The notes under the pieces were generated by a model. It was not told the origin of the DNA. It saw only the letters and a program-made list of their open reading frames with translations, and ran no database searches. A DNA stretch of 63,532 bases, the filler included, from Conidiobolus incongruus B7586 (taxonomy: Eukaryota): assembly GCA_000697335.1 (NCBI GenBank). It is 9 parts of 9 records of this genome, joined end to end, with 100 filler letters (N's around TTAATTAATTAA, not from the genome) between each part and the next. Parts side by side here need not be neighbours in the genome. Positions count along the whole stretch, not along the records: positions 11,461 to 18,190 come from JNEM01006493.1; positions 18,291 to 35,323 come from JNEM01006495.1; 7 more parts are not named here. The stretch is one strand, 5' to 3'. Shown in pieces: positions 14,777 through 27,215 of this stretch; positions within the stretch are counted from its first letter, which is position 1; the number at the start of each line of letters is the position of its first letter. A program made the position numbers and the translations under genes.

Positions 14777-16591
14777 TTGATGCTAAATTTAGAGTAAAAC
14801 TAATAATGAAAGAATGAAAAGAATATAATAAAATATAAAGGTTAATATTTGATAGTCTATATCAAAGATTAAATTTAGTTAAAAGCATGACATCTACCTA
14901 CTTTTAAATCGAATTCTCATTTATTTTGACATTGGGTTACTATATCGGGTTGAGAATGAAATGGGAGAATGATTTTAGGTGATTCATCCAAGTTAAACCA
15001 ATTTAGAATAAGATCATCTCAAATCATATTATGTAAATCGATCCATACCATAATTTCATATGAGTAATACCTTCCATTTATGGACAGAATAAAATAATTG
15101 TAGATCGATCCAAAATGATCAATTATGGGATCTGAAGATCCCTTCAGTATATATTATGACTAATTCTCAACCAACTTAATATTTTCTGAGTGTTATTTAA
15201 TCTAATTGTTTAACTAAATATTTGATTATTTTTTCGATCAGAAATCAAAATAAACCAATATATATAACTAAAGATTAATACTACATAGAGTTAATGCATA
15301 TCAATTTATCTCGATCATGTAATTTAATACCTAAATTCATAAATACAATTTTATTCTTGTATTTTAATTGGTATTATCATTCCCACTTTTATTTAGATTA
15401 CCTTTCACATAATTCAAAGTAAATAATGCAGTTACTTAGCATCAATATTGATTACCACCAACAATCATCAGATTAGTTAACCGATTAAATTCAATTCCGA
15501 CAAAATATTTACAATCATTTCTAATTGAACTGTCAATAGGATTATTTTAACGCCTCCTATAACACATACTTCTCAATTCTCCTGAGAGGAGCATACCTGA
15601 AATTTATATTGGAGTTAAAGAGAAAATTTAAAGATTATTTGAGGATGATATAATTTATGTAATTTAAAGCTAGACTATATTTTACTACTCAAGTTTCAAT
15701 CGAAGGAAGATATAGAGCTATATGATCCATAACATGATTTTAAAATCTTTTTTTTAAATAATTTTTCGATTGATTATTTATCAATTATTAATTTTTAATT
15801 GTATTTGGAATATATTTAATTTGGTAGCTTGGCACTACCATAAGGATTCATATTTATATAACTTGTAAATAAAACAATAATTCAAAAATTTTATCATATC
15901 TGATTCTAAACAATTCATTCAGAAAATTATAACTAACAATCTATCTTTAGTCACGTTAATTGCGTATTAGAGTTAACCAAAACTAATAATATCCTACACC
16001 AATGTAGGGGCAACAAATATGACTGAATTTGAAATATCTTCATAGCCATACATGAATAATAAATTTACACACAGCAAATTAATTAATATCTTGATTCCAA
16101 GTGCAATATTTGGAAATTTCAATTTAAAATGTAAGGGATATTCATTAATCTACAAATTTCTATATATTATATTTATCAAAAAGTCGGGGTTTGAGTTTTC
16201 CACCATCCTTGTTGTAACAATGAATTACATAGTAAATATCCTTCAATCGATTAATATAAGCTTAATTATATATTTTATTACCATTAATGAGTGTTATTTA
16301 GCCAAGATTTTGGAATTATTTTATTTCACTTTAATATTTTTTATGATTATAATTTTAATCAAATTATAAACTCTAATTCATTTTGTTAAATACCTCAGTT
16401 TGGTAAATAATTAATTTGAATGTCTAAATTTATTGATTTCACCCCTATATTCTTTAACAGTTCATATGTATACTCATATTTTAATTAAATAATAACATTG
16501 ACCTTGATACAATTATCACACAATTATCATTTCTTGATAATTATATTAAAAACTATACAAATCAATTTTTTACATATATTTAAATATATTA

Positions 16592-17949
16592 TTACCTTGA
16601 ATTTAAAATAATGGGAAATTTTTTAGTTTGTAATTTTTTAAAATATAACTATAGAATTGAAGAAATGGGAAATTTTTTAATTTCCAATTTTTCAAACATA
16701 TTATTAGTTTCAATTAAAAAATATATACAAAACAAATAAGAAAATAAATAGTTTTAAATTATATATATATATAATAACTTTTTTTAATTAAAAAATAATT
16801 TTTTAAAATTAATTGTTTAATTTAATTATGCTTAAACTAAATAGTAAACATCAAAAGTTTTTTATTTTAGTATCAATAAAACTTAACCATAAACCCTTTA
16901 AAATCATTTAAAGTTTACAAGTAGCTTTTGGTAATGAAGTATTATCTAAATCAACAATTTATTGCTAGGTAAATTACTTTAAGATTAAGAGAGAAACTAC
17001 CTAAAACCTGTTAAAATCTAAAAAACTAATTTCAACTGTTACTTTTTTAATTATTAATAAAGTAAAAAAATATATTGAAAAACACCTTTTTATTTTAACT
17101 AAAGAATTATTAAAACACTTTAATATTAGTTACATAAGTATTTTATATATGTTAAAGTTTAAATTAATATTAATTAATAAAAATATAAAATAGGTACCTT
17201 ATAATTTAACTAAAGCTTAAAAAAATTAGAGTAGCTATTGTTAAACAAAACTTACTAAAGTATAACTAGAAATTAAAGTTTTTATAGCAAATTATTATAA
17301 TTGATGAATCTTAGATCTTTTTGTATAATCCTTTACTAAAACATAAATCAAAGTGTTAGATTAAGTTAAATTAACCTTTTCTACAAATTCCTTTAAATAA
17401 ATACTTTATTAGCAAGTGAATGTTAATTATTATAATAGATTATAATAATATATACTATTCTTATTTAGTTTTTAAAGGAAAATTAACTAATAATAAACTT
17501 TATATTTTTTTTAAATAAAACTATTTCTAATTGGTATTTTTAATATAATTTGAAAAAACTTATTATTTTACATAATAATTATAAAATATATAAATTTAAA
17601 GTTATAAAAAACTTTTTGATTAAAAATAACTAGAAAAAACTACCATATCTAATATATTCTTTAGATTATAACCTATATAATTATAATTGTTTTAGGTAAT
17701 TAAAAAACCAGCTTATAGGAAAAAAAATTTTTGCAAGAAAATTTAATTGGTTTGTAAAATATCAAATTTTAGTTATTAATAAAAAGAATTATTTTTTAGG
17801 TGTTATATCTTTGTTAAAAGTATAGCAAAAAGTAATTAGAAATAAAAAAAATTCTTAATTTTATATTATATATTTATTTTTACTTTTTATATATTAAAAT
17901 ATTTTTTTTTCAATTATAAAAAATTCCCATTATTTAAATTACAAAGTAA
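16592..17949 (+). mobile_element. Full-length hypermutated mariner (DD34D), copy 2; relic transposase ~16828..17860
   Basis: TA-flanked imperfect TIRs; from ATG 16828 reads LQVAFGNEVLSKSTIYC*VNYFK (mariner HTH), K*VPYNLT (WVPHEL motif, 17191), IIIIDES* (D1, 17303), LHNN (HDN, D2 codon 17574), LPYLIYSLDYNLYNY (YSPD..D3, codon 17679); D2-D3 distance 105 nt = DD34D. Confidence 0.93.
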
Positions 17950-17959
17950 TATTATTAAT

Positions 17960-18190
17960 TTTAAATAAATAATTATATACAAAATAAATAAGATAATATA
18001 TTGTTTTAAATTAAATATATATATATATATATTTAAAATAATTCTTTTGATTAAAAATTTAATTGTTTAAAATTGTTTGTTTAATTTAATTATAATTAAA
18101 CTTAATAATTATTATTTAAAGTCTTTTATTTTTAATATTATTTTAACATAAATATAAACGATCTAAAATTATTTCAAATTTACAAATAAC
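17960..18190 (+). mobile_element. Additional degenerate mariner 5' fragment, truncated by gap
   Basis: Repeats the left sub-terminal region and transposase 5' end of copy 2. Confidence 0.7.
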
Positions 18191-18290
18191 NNNNNNNNNN
18201 NNNNNNNNNNNNNNNNNNNNNNNNNNNNNNNNNNTTAATTAATTAANNNNNNNNNNNNNNNNNNNNNNNNNNNNNNNNNNNNNNNNNNNN

Positions 18291-21200
18291 CTTGGTATTG
18301 ACTCCCTCTCCTCAATTCAATTGTCCAACAAGTTGAAGGATCTCGGAAAACAGATTTCCGTTTTCAATTTGATGAAATTGTCTACTATTCAAGCTATTGC
18401 TGAAGAATTGGATAATTTAAGCACAAATCCCAATCAAGTCGATCAAAAGCTTACTGAAATGGTTGATCGTATTAAGAAATTTGAACAAGATATCAAACCC
18501 AAATTAGCTTCTCAATTAGGATTCAAGAATGTCGACAATATCGAAGAAGCTTACCCCTGTACGCCTTTGCAAGAAGGTATGCTTGCTATGTCTTTATCAT
18601 CTCCCCTCTTCGTAAATGTCAACAGTTTAACTTATAAAATTTCCAAAAGCGTCGATTTGGAACAATTGAGAGTTGCTTTGCAGAAAGTTGTTGACAATAA
18701 TCCCATTTTGAGGACTGGATTCTTCAGCTTATCAGACCACAATTACCAAATGACCCAAGCTGTCATATCATCAGATGCTCACGAACTCCAATTTGATATT
18801 CAAAAAATTAATAACAGTGAGGAATTGAATCAAGTGATTAAGACTTTCGTATTTCAATTGTCTCCACTCTCCTCACTGCCAGCCTCTTTACCGCATTTCT
18901 TTGGTTTCTCTTAATGAGTCTGATTACTTCGTTTTCACCATTCACCACTCACTGCTCGATGGTTGGAGTTTGTCATTGATGCTCGAAGATCTGGTCAAAA
19001 CCTATCTTGGCCAAGAACTCATCCAACCTCCCGAATTCAGAACTGTATCCGAGCATGTTCACGCTCAAGAATTGGACAAATCTTTGGAATATTTCAAACA
19101 ACAATTCGAAAATCATATTCCATCCATTTTCCCTAGCTTGTTGCCTGACGACGAATTTGAAGTGGAAATGACTGGTAATTCTATTTACCAAAAATCAGGT
19201 TTGAAGATGTTTCAAATTCAACAAATTGGTAAGAAGGTTGGCGTCGCTCCCCAAACTTTGTTGCAGTCCGCTTGGGCTAGATTACTATCTGCTTACAGTA
19301 ACGAAAAATGTCATCTTCAGTAATGTCGTTGTGGGTCATAGTATTTCAGTTGAGGGAGTCGAAAATATTCGAGGCCCCTGTTTGAATACTATGCCTTTTA
19401 GTGCAAATCTCAACAATGCCACTACCAACTTTGATTTATTGCAATTGGTAAAAACTTCTAACAATGAGCAATTTCCTCGCCCACATACTCCTCTCCGGAA
19501 GATTTTCAAGACTATCGGCCACAATGGACCCACCCCTCTATTTGATTCCTTATTCGTTTTCCAAAACATTGACGAATCTCAGCCCTTGAATGAAGGTCTT
19601 TGGGACTTGTACCACTACAAAAGTTTTATTTCTCACTCTATTGTAATGGAAATTGAAACTGATAAGTCCGACAATTTTCAAGCTCATTTACAAGTCGTCG
19701 CCCAACAATTAGATTTGACATTGGGTAACATTCTTGTCAATTTATTCGCCACTATCGACAACACTTCCAAGGTTGGTCAATCTATCAGCGACCAGTACTA
19801 CAATTTATCCTCATCTATTGACGGTGAAAAGAGCTTTGAAAATGATGAAGTTTACTTTTCAACACCAGTTTAGAAAAATTCGCCAATAGTATCCCGAAAT
19901 ACCTGCTATAAAATTTGTCGAAAACCTTGAGGATAGTAAAATTCCCAAATTTAAAGAACGGACTTACAAGCAATTCAATGCTAGAGCTAACCAAATCGCG
20001 AACTACTCGATTCAGCGCGGCGTCCAAATTGAAAAATGCAATATCGCTTGTATCCCTAGATCCCCCATTTTCTACGCTCCTACTTTGAGTATTTCCAAGG
20101 CTGGAGGTTGCTACTTCGGATTGGGTCCCGTATTCCTCAAAAATCGTAAGGTAATGTTAATTCACGAATCTGAAGCTGAATTTGTGTTGACTTTGGAAGC
20201 TATCGCCAAGGAACTTCCAGCTATAGATGGTGTAGAATACATCACCTTAGATATCAATTGCTATAGCGATAAGCTTAATGGTCAATCAGAAGCAAATGCC
20301 AAGATTAAAGAATTGACTATGAAACACTTGGGCTATACTATCTTTACTTTCGCCACCACTAGAACTCCCAAGGATGTATTGTTACAACATTCCAACTTCA
20401 AGTTCTTCATGCAGAACTTCAAAAAGTATATGTTCAAGCCCGTGGGCCACAAACAATTGTGCTTTTACAATTGTACTTTCGATACTCATGTTCTCGACTT
20501 GATTACCACCACCCATCTCGGAGATGCTATCTGCACTACCGAGCACTCCACTCTCTATACCAACCTAGAAAAGATTGCCAAATTTTTCAATGTGGATTAC
20601 CTCAACCTGCCCCCCGCCATATCTTTCGTAAATGTGGACAATTTACCCAACGTAGAAAATTTGTTCGTAACTGGTAAACAATGTAATAAGAGTTTGACAA
20701 AGGGATGGGGCAAACACAGAAGATTGATCAATAGTCACGAACTCTCAGAATGTACTTCGTTGAGTGTGACTCACAACGATTTGTGACCACTTTGTAAGCC
20801 TAATAACATCGGCCAGACTTCTCTCGATTGTACCGTGTATATAATTGACGCCAAATCCAAGGATTCGAAATTGTTGCCTCGCGACTGTGTTGGTGAAATT
20901 GCTATTGCCGGTCCCTAGGTCAGTCACGGTTACTTGATTAAGCCCGAACTCACCGCTGAAAAACTCGTCGAATGCATTGATTTTAAGAGTGCTAAACAAA
21001 GGTTGTACCGTAGTGGCGATTTCGGACGTATTTTAGTAGATGGTAGTATCGAAAGTTTGGGACGCTGCGATGACCAAGCCAAGGTGAATGGTATACGTAT
21101 CGAATTAAAGGGGATTAACGAAGCTTTGTCTAGAGCTTTTGGTACCATTTTTGTGCATACTTTGTTACTCAGCCACAGGAAATCTCCCAAGAAGCAATTG

Positions 21201-23173
21201 GTCATTTACCTCTTCCCAAGGCAACCTTCGGAAGAATGGATCAAAATTGGTCGTAAGCTGATCCAACCCAAAGGTGAATTTAGAGAATTACTTGCACATA
21301 TGCTCGCTAAAAGCCATAAGGATTTACCCGTCTATATAATTCTCCACTTGATATTGTTGATGACTAGCACTCCTTCCACTTCCAACTACAAAGTTGATTC
21401 CCGATTTTTAGCCAAGTTGTACCAAGATACTCCTTATGAAGGATTGGTCAAATTATCCAGTTTCCAACCCCAAGATGACAGTGAAGTTGTCTGGACCAAC
21501 TTACAATTAATTATTCACGACATTATCGCTCAATTCACTAAGACCACTCCTGACATCATTCGTCCAAACTCTTCCCTCTTTAGCTTGGGTGTCGACTCTA
21601 TCAGCTCAGCCGCTTGGGATACCCCATCACAGTTGGAGAAATCTTGCAGAAAGGAACCATCCAAAAGATCTCAGTACTATTCGTTGATAGAGAAGCCAAT
21701 GAAGAATCAGAATTAGTTGATATTAAAAAATTAGTGATTAAAACGGTTGAAGAGGATTTCGTACTCGTTAAAATCTCCGAAATGTTAGGACAAAATCCCG
21801 AAAATACCAAAAAAGTCGTGCCACCATCCATCTCGCAGATTTCTATGATTCAGAACAGTATCAACTTTGGCAAGGCCGAGTATAGTTTCGTATTCGGATT
21901 CTCTGCAGACAAGTTGTTGGATACCGACAGACTGGAGAGAGCTTAGTTCAGACTTCGGCAGTGTAATAGTATTTTGAAAACTGTTTTGTCCCTGTAGAGA
22001 ATGAGGAATTGCTTTTCTTGACTGAGATATTCAAGAAACCGGAAATGAATTTCACTTTGGAACGTATCCAAAAGAATGCTAGTCCCTAAGGCGGTGTTGA
22101 CTATATGAATCGTATCGATCGCCGTATGCTCAACCACAGGATCCCACCTTTGAACATGCACGTCCAGAACTTTAACGATCGCACCCTCTTTTTCATCTGC
22201 ATTCATCATAGGTTATACGATGCAGTCAGTATCGACGTGGTGGTAAATGAATTGGAGCAATTATACTTAGCCGATAGTGATGACGTTCCCAAAACAGCTC
22301 CATTCAAAAACTTGATTCAAAACGAAAAGAGTATCGATCAAAGCAAAATTTTCGACTACTGAAAACGACTTTCAAGGATGCGGAAGTGGTTGAATTTACG
22401 CAGAACCTATGAAGCACGGAAAAATCCCCAACTTTGGCAGTTATCGTGCAGCCATTCCTCTTCCCAATTTGGGTTGATTTGCAACTGTTAGTGCCTCGCC
22501 CCACTCCATCCTGTTAGCTTCATTGCATAAAGTTCAGGCTAATGACATTGGCAAAGGTAACGGTTTAGTCAGTTTAGTCCGTATGGGCCGTAGCGCTCCC
22601 GTCGAAGGTGTGGATAAGACGATCAATGCCTATTTTAACGTCCTTCCCATCTTCTTACCCAACATTAGCGACAAGTCCCTATTTGAAGTGGCTCAACTGT
22701 ACCAAAATCTCCAATACGAACAGATCAAGTATGGGAACACTTCGTTGGACCAAATTCACGAATGGATCGGCTTGCCATACAAACAAATAACCGATTTCAT
22801 CGTGAATTTGGCACGTCACCCCAAGGACTCCGTCCACTCGAGAGCTTCCGAACTCGAAGGCATGGACACTGTGGATCTCTTCGAACCCTTCGTTGAGGGC
22901 TATGCATGCTCCAAGTTCCGCTTCCATGAGACCAACTCGATGGACTTTATTTTGGAGCAGTGTTTCATATTCCAGCAGGTCGAAAATCACTTGGACGGCC
23001 TACAATGCATCTTCTCTCAGATGATAAATTTCTACTTCGACATTGCAGTCCATCCCGACGACGTGTTTTTTAACTTCAAGTACAATATGGGCTTACTTCC
23101 AGAGGACCGTTTCAAGAAGTTAATTGACCTCTGGGTGGATGACATTTTGGAATTGTCCAAGCAACAGATTTAA
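18291..23173 (+). pseudogene. Non-ribosomal peptide synthetase pseudogene (T-C-A-T-C), siderophore/ferrichrome synthetase-like; 5' end lost at gap
   Basis: PCP motifs LGIDSL (18291) and LGVDSI (~21585); C domains YPCTPLQEGM..HHSLLDGWS and HHRLYDAVS; A-domain cores YTIFTFATTRTPKDV, GEIAIAGP*VSHGYL, LYRSGD, GRCDDQAKVNGIRIEL; several frameshifts and in-frame stops (19871, 20784, 20916, 21944, 22360). Confidence 0.9.
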
Positions 23174-23902
23174 CTTCTCTGTCTATATTTTCTCATTATT
23201 GACTAATTTTCTTTAATATTTCACTACTCTTTTCATTGTTGGTTTAAAATTAATTCTCAAAGTGATAATTTCAAATAATTCTTAACCAAAATAAAAATTT
23301 TATATTTGGTTTGATTTAACAAGGATTCAATATATCTAAAAATGACAAGCTTTAACAATCCATTGAAATAATCCAATGAATCAATTTGTTTGATATTATA
23401 TATTTTTACTGTCTCATTTTTTAGATTCTATTTATTATTATTTTGTTATAATTAATATAGAAATATGTTTAATTTTGTAATATTGAAAATAAATTGATAT
23501 TTAAAATATTTCATGATTTAATACAATATTATTTCACAAAATTATTGAATATACAAAATTAATGAAATAATAATAATTTAATTACATCATTTCTTTTCAA
23601 TAATAAATTTATTAAAAGTTATGAAACGACTAATATTTATTTCATGTAATGAATATTTGGACAGGTTATGTCATAAAATCGATCATAACCTGAAAGACAA
23701 TATACTTCAATTCAATTTTAATTTACATGGTAAATTTTTATTGAAAATGCCATAAATATATTTTTAATCAATTATATTTTGTGAAACTAGAATATTTTGA
23801 ATAAACTATGATGAATGTTGTACTTTTTTAATTTTATTATCTAATTATTTAATAGCTATATATCTCCTGGTCAGAGGTGTGTAGAAATCAATATTATCAA
23901 TA

Positions 23903-24309
23903 TGTTAAGGTATTCAAACATTTATGCTTGGTATCAACTTTTCAGGTTCTTTCGTTTCTTTAAATAAAGTGTGGTCACTTAATTAGAAACCCGCCTGAAC
24001 AACTTCATCTCGCAATCAATTACCTTATCAAGATATAACTCCGGGATATCCATCATACCACTTCAAGGTTTCATTTTTCTGAAGGCCTAATACACTTCTT
24101 TACACTACCTATGGTCGACTAATGATCTATAAAAGCATCATTTTCGGGATACATTTTCATCATCTCCGGTCTTCTGTAAGATCCATTAAACTAATAAAAC
24201 ACCTTGACACAAACTACCAAACAACCTATAAAGAGGCCGTTCCCTTTCCTATTATCAACGTTCTATTAGCAATCGGTAGAACCACAGAAGAATGAATCGA
24301 GTTGTGATA
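23903..24309 (+). mobile_element. Possible degenerate solo LTR
   Basis: Non-coding island of raised GC starting TGTTAAGG, with CTATAAAAG and AATAAAAC signals; no clean CA end or TSD. Confidence 0.3.
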
Positions 24310-25465
24310 GATTAAAAATAATTTGTTTCTAACCTCTTTTTAGCAATAAATTTTTGCATAAATTGTAACTGATTAAATGTTAAATAATACAACATAAAAT
24401 TTATATTCAAATTATGGTAAAAATTAGTATATATTTAATAACCCTATAATTATCATTCCCTACACATTTTAGAATACATATTGGAATATTTTATATTTTA
24501 ACCTTACTTAATAAAATAAAATTTTTATTTTCTATGATATAAATCAATTTAAAAATAAACATAATAATCAGATAAATGGAAATTGTTAAAATTTATTTTA
24601 ATCTTTGCAAAAATTAATATAATAACTTTGTCTCATGCTGGGCAATGATGTGGAGGGTCGAAATGTTTAGTTCACTGATTCTGAAAACGGAAAGCACGCC
24701 AAAGACAAGCCGGACGAGCTGAGACTTATACAAGGTTAGCTGGGTAGAGAGCATAGTGCATAAGTTTGAGGAGTACGTCACCGTACGGGAGGTCAACGGT
24801 GATGATTTAGTCTGAATTCATTTCGAGCAAGTTCGGTATATAAAATTGATAAATTAACTCGAAATTCATTTTTGAAAATGATTTTATTAAAATTTTAGGG
24901 TTGAACCGCAGCTGAGGAATCGAGCCTTTGTCAGGCATTCAACTAACTTTTTCTAGCGCTGTTGGTAGTATGTTATCTTTTAATTACGTCTATGGACCCG
25001 CAGGCACTACAAAATCATGGGACTCATAATGTGAGTTCATTGGAGGGCATGGTTCCCAATCAATCTTGTCAGCAGGTTTGTGCGAGTAGTTTTTGACAAT
25101 TTGGAATGGTCTGATGGGTTGCCAAGTCGGCGACTTTGATGAACTAGTTTGTCTCATTATAAGAAAAGGAGCTATTCCACTTTCAAATGTCTGACCACAA
25201 AACATATTTTAATTTCAACTTTGAAAATTATTCCACCACTAATTTATTAAATTGATTATTCAATCAATTAATCAATCTATCAATTAATCAATCCAATTCA
25301 AAATCTCAAACTAACCAATTAAAACCCTTCCCCCAAACCAATCTCCTGATCATCTAAATATTATCCCATATAATTTTAATTAATTGCAAAAAAATATAAA
25401 TAAAATCTAATATTCCAGTCCCTGCCAAACTCAAAATATTATATTGATTATAATAATAACCTAAA

Positions 25466-27170
25466 ATGAGTACAGCAGATGACGCTATTTTAGATCAAAT
25501 TCATTTTAGTTATGAATATGATCAATTTATTAAAATTCTAAAGAGTTTTCATTTGAAAAAATTGTAATTTATCTTTAGTTATAAAAGTAAAATAGTAGTG
25601 TACTAATGAATGTTTAGTAATAGGGAAGTTAACTTAACACCACAGTTGTCGGGTAATAAGTTAGACTTGTTAAAGTTTTATAAAAGGGTTATAGCTATGG
25701 GAGGCTTCGATTATGTATTCCTATTATTAATATCATTTTATATATTGAACTAACATTTTAAATTAGATAAATGACCAAAAGCTATGGGCTCAATTAGCAG
25801 AACCTTTGAATTTACCCAAGACATGTACATCGAGGAGTTATATGTTAAAGCAGGCGTATATTAAGACGTTGAGGGATTTCGAAATGGAATTCAAGGGAGC
25901 GATTCCAGATATAAAGGCTATAGATAATATTCAATCCGAAGTGAAATTTGGTGTACCTTTAACCAGTGCCAAATCCGCAGGGGGAGGCACAACAATTCCA
26001 GATATTTCAGCTTCGAGAAATATTCAACCACATTCTATGACTGCTTCAAATGGTTTAAATGTCAAACAGTTTCACAATATTGCTGTAGGTGGGGGTGGTC
26101 AAACTCGTAATTTGGCTCCGATACCTCCTGGAGCGCACCCTGTCCAGCATAGTTCACTATTGATTAGAATTTACTACAGTTTGAAGAGCGAATTAAAGAA
26201 TGAAATTGAATGGGGTTTAATTCAACTCCTCAAATTCAGTTTTTTCAGTCAGGTCAATATGTTGAATTTGGGTAATAATATCATTCATTTGATATTAGAC
26301 CAACTCTTGAATTCTTTAGCTAAACTGTATTCTAAATCTATGAGTTCGTCAATGTCGTCCAATTCTAGTGATATGATGGACACTGACAACCAATTTGAAC
26401 TGAATTGGAGAAAGTTGACATCCGAGGAGGAAAGTGAACTGTTAATTATTTGGTTAATTTTGCGTAATCTAATTGAAAATGACAACGTTTTGGAGTATTT
26501 GAATTCTCAGCTCATTTTTAAAGACTGTTTATATTGTACACTTTATTACTGTTTTAATGCCAATTCTAACGATTCCAACCACATTCAAGAACTCAAACTC
26601 AATTGCTTCGACTGTCTGTCGGAAGTATCATCTCTCTTGGAATTAGAAGATCCTTCCATAGTTCATTTACTCAACGATATCCTAACTACTAGTTCAGATC
26701 GCTACCAAGTGTTAAAGAGCCTTCAAACCCTGAACAATCTGTTCAAATCTGACAACAATCTCACATTCCTAGAGCAAATCAACATTCAAACCGTCTTCCA
26801 ATTTTGTTGGCTTTTTGAATCCGACAAAATGTTGGGATTAGCAGCTGTGGACCTTATTATGAATTACTTCAAATTCAATATTCAGCTTCTAGAGGATTCA
26901 CAGCAGCCTTACTCCCTCCAAATGATTCAATTGGGGTATCGTCTCATGGATACTCACTTGATGATCTCTGTGGAGCAGGACAAATATCAAATCGATACTG
27001 AACCTATCCTCGCAGGTTGGGACATTATTGAATTCTTTATGGATCAAAATCTCTTAACACCTTTGGCCACTTTCAAATCGCGACTCTTAGTAAAGAGTCT
27101 CATTCAATTGAGTATTATTCCTCAAGTAATCCAATCCAAATTTTTTAAATATGTTAATGATATTCAATAA
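25466..27170 (+). CDS. RSC9: ARID-domain chromatin remodelling subunit, RSC9/ARID2-like; two short 5' introns
   Basis: Spliced N-terminus MSTADDAILDQ..LDLLKFYKRVIAMGGFDY/INDQKLWAQLAEPLNLP..LKQAY is an ARID domain; RIYYSLKSELKNEIEWGL and a helical-repeat-like C-terminus as in Rsc9. Confidence 0.75.
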
Positions 27171-27215
27171 ATTGACTAATCAATATCCCATAAAATATAT
27201 TAATAAATTCTAATT

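Noticed and set aside
16052..16369. Short I/L/F/K/N-rich ORFs (also 2141, 7193, 10726, 41576, 50742)
   Set aside because: Composition is what chance ORFs in very AT-rich DNA produce; no motifs.
16828..17860. Alternative genetic code (TAA/TAG reassigned) explaining stops in the transposase
   Set aside because: Neighbouring host genes end normally at TAA/TAG/TGA, and catalytic Asp codons are also mutated.
18321..23173. NRPS fragments as separate genes, or as programmed frameshifting, readthrough or RNA editing
   Set aside because: Fragments are colinear parts of one protein, the breaks lack splice signals, and catalytic core motifs also carry missense damage.
24890..24910. TTTTAGGGTTG as a telomere seed or telomerase template
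   Set aside because: Single unit with no tandem array or supporting structure.
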